DNA of 18,360 nucleotides from Pseudomonadota bacterium (lineage in GTDB: Bacteria > Bdellovibrionota > FAC87 > UBA2466). Under the pieces are notes generated by a model. That model was not told the origin of the DNA. It ran no database searches and was given only the letters and a program-made list of their open reading frames with translations. Of the stretch, positions 9,166 to 15,040 are shown one piece after another. Numbering within the stretch: position 1 is the stretch's first letter; each line of letters starts with the position of its first letter. The stretch covers positions 1 through 18,360 of the forward strand of contig JAYSWN010000213.1 of the NCBI GenBank assembly GCA_043718025.1, read 5' to 3'. Position numbers and translations under genes: made by a program.

Positions 9166-9533
9166 GAAGCCGCCTTTTTTTGTGGACTCCAGCGGCTCAC
9201 AAATTCAAGAATTTGGCTGGGCATCACCGGTTTTTTAAGCACTCGCGCAAAGGGATCAGCCGGCAGCGCCACATCTTCGCCAGAAAGAATGAGAAACGGT
9301 AGCTCTTTAAATCGCGCGGTAGCCCGTAATTTTTTATAAAAATCGGTGCCGCTCATCCCCGGCATCACCTGATCGCAAACGACAAAATCGGGGCCATTTT
9401 TTTCAAGTAGCTCGTAGCCGATGTTTGCGTCTTCAGCTTCCAGAATTGCGTAACCAGCTTTAGCAAAGGCTAAAGTGAGAAAGCGGCGCATGAATTTGTC
9501 GTCGTCTACGAGCAGCACAGTAAAGCTAGCCAT
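9162..9533 (-). CDS. Single-domain response regulator (CheY-like, shortened alpha4)
   Basis: VLLVDDD, VVCDQVMPGMSG, ILSG, KKP. ATG with SD AAGGA. First gene of the che operon. Confidence 0.9.
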   Translation of the reverse strand: MASFTVLLVDDDKFMRRFLTLAFAKAGYAILEAEDANIGYELLEKNGPDFVVCDQVMPGMSGTDFYKKLRATARFKELPFLILSGEDVALPADPFARVLKKPVMPSQILEFVSRWSPQKKAAS

Positions 9534-9585
9534 TCGTTAATCCTTTTCTTTATTAGTTTTGATTGCGCGAGAATAATGCGGTGTG

Positions 9586-9606
9586 GGTAGAGGTAATCCC
9601 TCTACC
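9586..9606. promoter_or_regulatory. Perfect 8-bp inverted repeat GGTAGAGG-N5-CCTCTACC (operator or 5' hairpin)
   Basis: Seen directly. Begins 4 bp downstream of the TATAAT box on the minus strand. Confidence 0.5.
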
Positions 9607-9610
9607 TTTG

Positions 9611-9639
9611 ATTATAGCCAAGAATTTACGTTTGGTCTT
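9611..9639 (-). promoter_or_regulatory. Candidate sigma70 promoter of the che operon: AAGACC-N17-TATAAT
   Basis: Perfect -10 TATAAT at 9616-9611, weak -35 at 9639-9634, 17-bp spacer, about 80 bp upstream of the first ATG. Confidence 0.5.
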
Positions 9640-9658
9640 GAGGGTTCTTTGTCATACC

Positions 9659-9673
9659 GGCGACATTCTTTAC
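9659..9673 (+). repeat. Copy 2 of intergenic 15-bp direct repeat GGCGRCATTCTTTAC
   Basis: 14/15 identical to 314-328, same orientation. Confidence 0.55.
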
Positions 9674-9688
9674 GTCAATTATTTGACG
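9673..9688. promoter_or_regulatory. Palindrome CGTCAA-TTAT-TTGACG (FleQ-box-like)
   Basis: Perfect 6-bp arms with a 4-bp spacer. Overlaps the stop codon of the upstream gene and lies about 35-50 bp upstream of the candidate -35. Confidence 0.4.
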
Positions 9689-11193
9689 GGGAATTTTGGC
9701 GGCTGAGCCGGTATGGGAAACCCGAGGCGACGCGCCATAGCGTGATGCTTTTCGGCATTCTCTTTTTCACCAAGCGCGTTGTAGACCAGGTACAGGCGAT
9801 AGTGGGCATCGGGAAAATCGGGATACACCCTAAGGCTTTCTAAAAATGGCTGCTTTGCGGCTGGCCAATCAGAGGTAGCCCCTACGGCAACGCCGTAATT
9901 AAAGAGGAGTCGTCCGTTTTCCGGAAAGTTAGTTGAATCGGTTTTATAGAGCTTAATAGAGTTGCTCCAAATCGGCTGCCGTTGAAAGGTTACGACCGAA
10001 TAAAAACAAAGAAGCACGGCGATAAAACTCAAGGCCAGCCAACGGTAAGCTGGTTTCGCCCAACTATGAGTGGCGAGGCGAGAGAACACCGCCAGATAAA
10101 GCGCGAAGAGGCAACCAAGCCAGGCCCGTTCCGAAAAGACGCCGCTCAAGCAACCCAACAGATGCAGGTTCCAGATTAGCGCGGCAGCTACCGTGGATAG
10201 CACAAACCAACCGGTGCTACTCTGGGTTGCCGTCCGGGCGCGCCATATCAAACAGGCCACGGCGGCCAAGCCGAACAGGGTGCCATGGCTGAGAATTCCG
10301 GCCGGCAGGGCGAGGGTTCCCGCGCTGTAGTCGCTGCTGAGCTGAGTAGGCAAAAGAACAATCCAAAGCGCTTTGCCCACCAAAGCCAGCCGCGAAACCA
10401 CAGCATCCACTGGCCCCATGTTTACCAGCGGGTTGAAGTTGGCACTGGCGTGTTCCATTGCCCCCCAACCGCCCACCGCGAAAAAGTGAAGGCCAGCCCA
10501 AAAGGTCGCTAAAATTATTCCCACCAGAGCTTGCCGAGTTTTTTGTTGATGAAATAGATAGGCGCAAAAACCTATCAACACGAAGAAGCCGGTCTCTTTA
10601 AATCCGGGAGCTAGTGCCATCAGGGCCAGGCCCCACCAAGAGTAACGGGCGCCTACATAAAAGGCCAAACCGGCGAGTAGCAGCGGCGCGGTTTCGCTCA
10701 GTCCACCCAGTTGCGATTTGGTTTCGACCCCCAGCGGATGCAAAAGAAACAGAGTCATTCCGGCCAAAGCCCAGAGGGGGGGGCCGTCAGGGTTGGCGCG
10801 CCGGATCCAAAAAAAGAGCAGCAGCCCCAGGGCCAGATACGAAAGCCAAACCATTGCGCGCTTGGCGAACGGGTTATTTGCGAAGGGCATCAGCGAAAGC
10901 AAAAAAAATGGTCGATAAAGAGGCTCGCCGTAGACGCCATTTTTTAAGCCGGCCCATAACCGAGTGGTAAAAATACTACCCACCGCTTTATCCGCCACAA
11001 ATTGGTTTTGCGTAAGAGAGAAATCTTCGTAAACCCATTCGTCCGGAGGATTTAGCCAAGTGGGCAACATGCAGAAAAAAAGCAGGCCAATGAGAAGCGC
11101 ATAAATCGGCTGATTAAAGCTATCGGCGGCAGAAGGCAATGCCGGAAGCGTCGCTTCGACTGGCACTTGGTTTTTTTTCTTTTGGGCGGCCAC
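9679..11193 (-). CDS. TMTC-like (GT-C fold, protein O-mannosyltransferase-related) multi-pass membrane protein with C-terminal TPR
   Basis: Motifs in TMTC order: WVYED, YRP, LFLLHP..VE, KETG, P..LSSDYS, SER, R..IW....LY, followed by about 2 TPR repeats. GTG start with SD AGGA. Confidence 0.8.
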   Translation of the reverse strand: MAAQKKKNQVPVEATLPALPSAADSFNQPIYALLIGLLFFCMLPTWLNPPDEWVYEDFSLTQNQFVADKAVGSIFTTRLWAGLKNGVYGEPLYRPFFLLSLMPFANNPFAKRAMVWLSYLALGLLLFFWIRRANPDGPPLWALAGMTLFLLHPLGVETKSQLGGLSETAPLLLAGLAFYVGARYSWWGLALMALAPGFKETGFFVLIGFCAYLFHQQKTRQALVGIILATFWAGLHFFAVGGWGAMEHASANFNPLVNMGPVDAVVSRLALVGKALWIVLLPTQLSSDYSAGTLALPAGILSHGTLFGLAAVACLIWRARTATQSSTGWFVLSTVAAALIWNLHLLGCLSGVFSERAWLGCLFALYLAVFSRLATHSWAKPAYRWLALSFIAVLLCFYSVVTFQRQPIWSNSIKLYKTDSTNFPENGRLLFNYGVAVGATSDWPAAKQPFLESLRVYPDFPDAHYRLYLVYNALGEKENAEKHHAMARRLGFPIPAQPPKFPVK

Positions 11194-11212
11194 GGGTTTC
11201 CTGTTGGCCTAG

Positions 11213-11221
11213 ATTCTATCA
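11213..11221 (-). promoter_or_regulatory. Candidate extended -10 promoter TG-a-TAGAAT for the TMTC-like gene
   Basis: Lies in the 36-bp intergenic gap, 19 bp upstream of the GTG. No good -35. Confidence 0.35.
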
Positions 11222-11229
11222 CGCGGAGG

Positions 11230-12576
11230 TCACTTCTTCTTTTTTGGCTTTTCATCGAGAAAAGCGGCGAAGGTTTGGTCGCCAAAATAAGTGAGCCAAT
11301 GTAAAAAGCTCTCTTTCCAGCGCCCTTCGAAGCGGCGGGCGGTGCGGCTCTCGCCCCCTAAGAAATCTTTGAGAATATTTTGTACCGGAACTTGGGCCAC
11401 GTCTTTGGCCAGCACATAATTTCCGGTTAAGTCGGTCATTCCACCGCAGCGGACAACCCAGCCCTTTGCTACCAAATAGTCCAAAATGCGATTCACCCGA
11501 GAGTCACTCCAGCGGCCAATACTCTTGATCTCAAAAAAGGTGAGCGGCCCGTGGCCATCGCGATGAGCCTCAAGCAGCGCCAGTAACAGAGAAACCAGGT
11601 TGCCCCCGTCCCTGAGTGAGTGCTCATTCTCCGGATCTTCAAATGATTCTACCTCGGTCTGCATGAGGTAACTCACTTCGGCGCCGAGAATAAGCACCAT
11701 CCACATCAAGTAAATCCAAAACAACACGAGTGGCACGGCCGCGGCTTTGCCGTAAGCGGTATTGGTGCCGTACTGAAAGTAGAGGCGCATGCCTAGATTC
11801 ACCATTTGCAGGGCAGAAAGGGCGAAAACCGCCCCTACAATGGCTGACTTCCAACGCACCACGGTGACGGGGATGAAGCGATAGATCATCGTAAAAGTCA
11901 TCAGCCCCAAAGAGGGAAACAGCAGGGCGTTGATTAAGAACGGAATAAAGGGAAGCTGATGCGAGAGGTAAATCCCAAGATCCATCTTTTGAAACATGAG
12001 TGGAATCGACAGCGTGCTGATTAGCACGATTGGGCCCAGCACCATTACCACGAGAAAGTTACGAAACTTTTCGAAAAAAGGGCGTTGGCGGTGCGACGAC
12101 CAAATGTGATTTAAGGTGCTGTCGATGTTGCCGTAGGTCGAAAGGCCCACCCAAACCAGAACAAATAGGGCAAAGATGCCGATGGAGCCGCTCTTCTGAG
12201 AGAGTGACTGCAAGTAGGCGTCTTTAAAACGCAGCACGTAGTCTTGCACAAAACTGCGGTGTTCATTTGGAATATTGGTGAGCAGGCTATCGACGCCACT
12301 TACCAACGCATCTTGCACGTAACCAAACTGGGCAAAAATGTTGAAGAGAAAAAAGCCACCGGCGATGAGCGGCAAAATAGAGAACACCATTAAGAAGGAA
12401 AGCGATTCCGCGCGCGTTTTGACTTCATCCTTAAAAAACTCGTGCGCCAGCATGGTGACCCAGCGGCCAAGCCTTAGCGCAAAAAGCTGAATAGAAGAGT
12501 GGGCCGCTTCTTCCGCATGACGCAGTTTGATTACGGTGCGGCCTATTTTTCTAATTTTATCGTCTTGAACGGACAT
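11230..12576 (-). CDS. YihY/virulence factor BrkB family membrane protein with C-terminal Rrf2-like winged HTH
   Basis: RAESLSFLMVFSILP, IDSTLNHIW, YRFIP, AYGKAAAVPLVLFWIYLMWMVLILGAE. C-terminal LTFFEI…RVNRILDYLVAKGWV…YVLAKD wHTH. ATG with SD AGGGG. Confidence 0.9.
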   Translation of the reverse strand: MSVQDDKIRKIGRTVIKLRHAEEAAHSSIQLFALRLGRWVTMLAHEFFKDEVKTRAESLSFLMVFSILPLIAGGFFLFNIFAQFGYVQDALVSGVDSLLTNIPNEHRSFVQDYVLRFKDAYLQSLSQKSGSIGIFALFVLVWVGLSTYGNIDSTLNHIWSSHRQRPFFEKFRNFLVVMVLGPIVLISTLSIPLMFQKMDLGIYLSHQLPFIPFLINALLFPSLGLMTFTMIYRFIPVTVVRWKSAIVGAVFALSALQMVNLGMRLYFQYGTNTAYGKAAAVPLVLFWIYLMWMVLILGAEVSYLMQTEVESFEDPENEHSLRDGGNLVSLLLALLEAHRDGHGPLTFFEIKSIGRWSDSRVNRILDYLVAKGWVVRCGGMTDLTGNYVLAKDVAQVPVQNILKDFLGGESRTARRFEGRWKESFLHWLTYFGDQTFAAFLDEKPKKKK

Positions 12577-12595
12577 GGCTGCCCCTAGGGTTAGC

Positions 12596-12630
12596 TCAAT
12601 CTCTATCGGATCAAACCGATAGTAAATTTA
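12596..12630. promoter_or_regulatory. Palindrome CTATCGG-N6-CCGATAG forming overlapping sigma28-like promoters on both strands
   Basis: Minus strand: TAAA(12630-27)-N16-TCCGATAG(12610-03), facing yihY. Plus strand: TCAA(12596-99)-N15-ACCGATAG(12615-22). Confidence 0.4.
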
Positions 12631-12640
12631 GTTTTTTCGG

Positions 12641-14278
12641 TTAGTTAGAGGCTGACGTGATGCGTCTTGGCGCAAGCGCCGTGGTTTTCACCAAAATAGA
12701 TTGGCCGTGGCGGGTTTTGTATTCGGTAAACCCTAGTTGGGCGGGGTTGGTTCTGAGCTGATGGAGAATGGGGTCACTTTTCCAACGCCACGCGCCCGGT
12801 AGTTCGCTAAGCAGAATTACGGCCGGTTCGCATTGGCTTACCACTTTTGATACCTGATTCAACTCGTCACCGCAGCCCTTAAAGCCGGGGCCCAGGTAAG
12901 CGTTTAGCGAACCAAAATTTCCGGCAATGCGATGGGGCGCGGCCGTCTCATCGAAGCGGATTGCCTTTATTGTTTCCACCATTGATTGGATCGTTCGCGC
13001 CGGGCGCCCCGGGGTGACCCAATGCGAACTCACCACCGGCGTGGCCGCAAAGACCATTACGGCCAATGCATAAGGGCTAATTTTTGAAATGCTAGTAAAT
13101 CGGTTCAACAGTAGAGCCACCGTGATCCAAAACAGGGGCGTGATGAAAATTAAATAACGTAAGTGGGGGCCAATCAGTACCGCGTTCACCGCCAACGGAA
13201 CCAGTGGCGTCAATAGCAGCCAAAAGTGCGGATTACGCCATTTCTGGGAATAAAAAATTTCTTTCGTCAGCCCGGCCGCCTTGCTTCGATTAAACCAAAG
13301 TACGGCCACCATCAGGCCGACAAAAATAAGCACTTCAATACTTCTCGCGCGGTATACCGAGCCAGGCAGGAGCAATGGCTCATGCATTAATGCCGCTTTA
13401 AGAAACGGCTCGGGAAGCGCCGATAGATTTTGAAAAATGTGTCTAAAAAAAAGTGCGGGAAACTTAATTAACGCTCCCCCCACACTTTGCACCCCGGGCA
13501 TCGCGCTCTCCATCACTTCGGGCGAATAGATCCAGCCGTTCACCCCGTGGTGCGTCCATTGGGTCCAATTTCCAGCGAAGTGTTGGCTAAACGCCTGCCA
13601 AAGCCGCCCTCCGTTCCAGGGTGCCTTCCAAAAATAAATTAGGCTCGATGCAAAAATTGGGGCCAGGCAATACCACGCTACGGTTTTGGCCGACTCATTT
13701 TTCGAAGGGCTCTGCCTAAGTTGCCAAGCGGCCAGTCCGATCCACGCGGGCCATAGTAAAACAAATTCGGGTCGGGCGTAGGTGGCTAAAATGATACCTA
13801 GTCCGCTTACTAAGAAACGGGGGCCGGCGTTGGCAAGTCGGGCCGCCATCGCCCAAAAAAATAAAAATAGGGAGAGGGCAAAAAGCCCGGCCTTTGGCCA
13901 CTGCGCCAAGTTTGCGGTGGAAATCAAAACGGGAAAGCTGGCTAGCGCGGCAATCACGGCGGTCGAGTAAACGCGAGCTACGGCGTACGTCGAAAGAGCA
14001 ATCGCCAAACAAAGTAAGCGCGCATTCCAGTAGTAGGCCGCGGATGGTCCGAAGAGTTTTTCTAGACTCGCGTACCAAATGGAGTAGGTGGGCCCCCACT
14101 GCGGCACTAAGGCAGCGCCGGAGTTTTTCCAGTTGAGGCCTAACCTTAGGTATAAAGCCTCATCAAAGAGTCCGAGATCAAAAACCGCGGCAAGGTCAAA
14201 AGTGAATTTAAGGCAGGCAAGCCCCAGGGCAGCGACGATCACTACATCGGGGATAAGTCTTTTTACTTGGGGCGGCAC
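12641..14278 (-). CDS. Multi-pass membrane protein, probable GT-C fold glycosyltransferase (ArnT/PMT-like)
   Basis: First-loop acidic motif FDEALY, GPTYS, YARPEF and late HLRYL motif, with about 11-12 hydrophobic segments. GTG start is bounded by an in-frame TAA at 14285-14287. Confidence 0.7.
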   Translation of the reverse strand: MPPQVKRLIPDVVIVAALGLACLKFTFDLAAVFDLGLFDEALYLRLGLNWKNSGAALVPQWGPTYSIWYASLEKLFGPSAAYYWNARLLCLAIALSTYAVARVYSTAVIAALASFPVLISTANLAQWPKAGLFALSLFLFFWAMAARLANAGPRFLVSGLGIILATYARPEFVLLWPAWIGLAAWQLRQSPSKNESAKTVAWYCLAPIFASSLIYFWKAPWNGGRLWQAFSQHFAGNWTQWTHHGVNGWIYSPEVMESAMPGVQSVGGALIKFPALFFRHIFQNLSALPEPFLKAALMHEPLLLPGSVYRARSIEVLIFVGLMVAVLWFNRSKAAGLTKEIFYSQKWRNPHFWLLLTPLVPLAVNAVLIGPHLRYLIFITPLFWITVALLLNRFTSISKISPYALAVMVFAATPVVSSHWVTPGRPARTIQSMVETIKAIRFDETAAPHRIAGNFGSLNAYLGPGFKGCGDELNQVSKVVSQCEPAVILLSELPGAWRWKSDPILHQLRTNPAQLGFTEYKTRHGQSILVKTTALAPRRITSASN

Positions 14279-14284
14279 CCAAGC

Positions 14285-14312
14285 TTATCGGCGCGTTTTG
14301 ATGGCCAGATTA
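14285..14312 (-). promoter_or_regulatory. Candidate sigma28 (FliA) promoter TAAT-N16-GCCGATAA
   Basis: Perfect FliA -10 octamer GCCGATAA (14292-14285) 6 bp before the GTG start. -35 TAAT at 14312-14309. Confidence 0.5.
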
Positions 14313-14345
14313 AGTGATAATCGACGAATGACGGCCGCTTAGCGA

Positions 14346-14969
14346 TTAATTGGCTTCGACAAACCGAATCAATTCGCGCAGCTCTTTTTCAATGGCGGCC
14401 AGCTGCAGCATTTGTTCAGTCGGCACGCTTGGCGCGAGAACTACCTCGGAAGTGGTTCGCTTTTCACGCCGATCTTCTTTGATCCGCTTACGGGCGCCCG
14501 TGATGCTGAACCCTTCTTCGTAAAGTAGATGGTGGATTTGCTGCAGCGCTTCTACGGTCTTACGGTTGTACACCCGTTGCCCGCCGGATTTGGTGGGGCG
14601 AATGTGCGAAAACTCGCTCTCCCAATAACGCAGTACGTGCGGTTCTACCGCGAGCAAATGCGCCACCTCACCAATACGAAAATAATTTTTGTCGGGAGTC
14701 AGCTCAACGCGTCGAGTCTCGCCGGTAGGCGTAAGCTCATCGTTTGGCTCTTCGGCAAGCGGCTCGGCTTCGGCATAGCCTTCTTCGCAAGCCAACGCCT
14801 CGGCAAAAGTGGACGGTGCCTGCTCTTCGGGCATCCCCAGGTCTAGCTCTTCTTGCGACTGCACCTGATGCGCAGCGTGTAACCGTTTACGCGCCATGGC
14901 AGCATCAAGTAGAAATTTGTAGCCCTGTTTCTCTGAAGCGGACGGAATCTGAAAGGTTTTGTCTTCCAT
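14346..14969 (-). CDS. MerR/MlrA-like HTH protein of the type usually found after pheT-ihfA, with an acidic N-terminal extension
   Basis: YFRIGEVAHLLAVEPHVLRYWESEF…GGQRVY…LLYEEGFSITGAR and a C-terminal coiled coil. Strong SD AGGAGG. Confidence 0.9.
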   Translation of the reverse strand: MEDKTFQIPSASEKQGYKFLLDAAMARKRLHAAHQVQSQEELDLGMPEEQAPSTFAEALACEEGYAEAEPLAEEPNDELTPTGETRRVELTPDKNYFRIGEVAHLLAVEPHVLRYWESEFSHIRPTKSGGQRVYNRKTVEALQQIHHLLYEEGFSITGARKRIKEDRREKRTTSEVVLAPSVPTEQMLQLAAIEKELRELIRFVEAN

Positions 14970-15040
14970 GGAAAGCCTCCTAAAGTGTGGCTAACAACTG
15001 GACAAAACTATTGTATTCGACTTTTTGTTTAAGTGCTCGT

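Noticed and set aside
14690..14740. PTGETRRVELTP in the MerR extension faintly recalls the IHF arm (NPKTGE…RRVVTF.P)
   Set aside because: Too short and gapped, and the rest of the extension is acidic and unlike IHF. No support for an ihfA fusion remnant.
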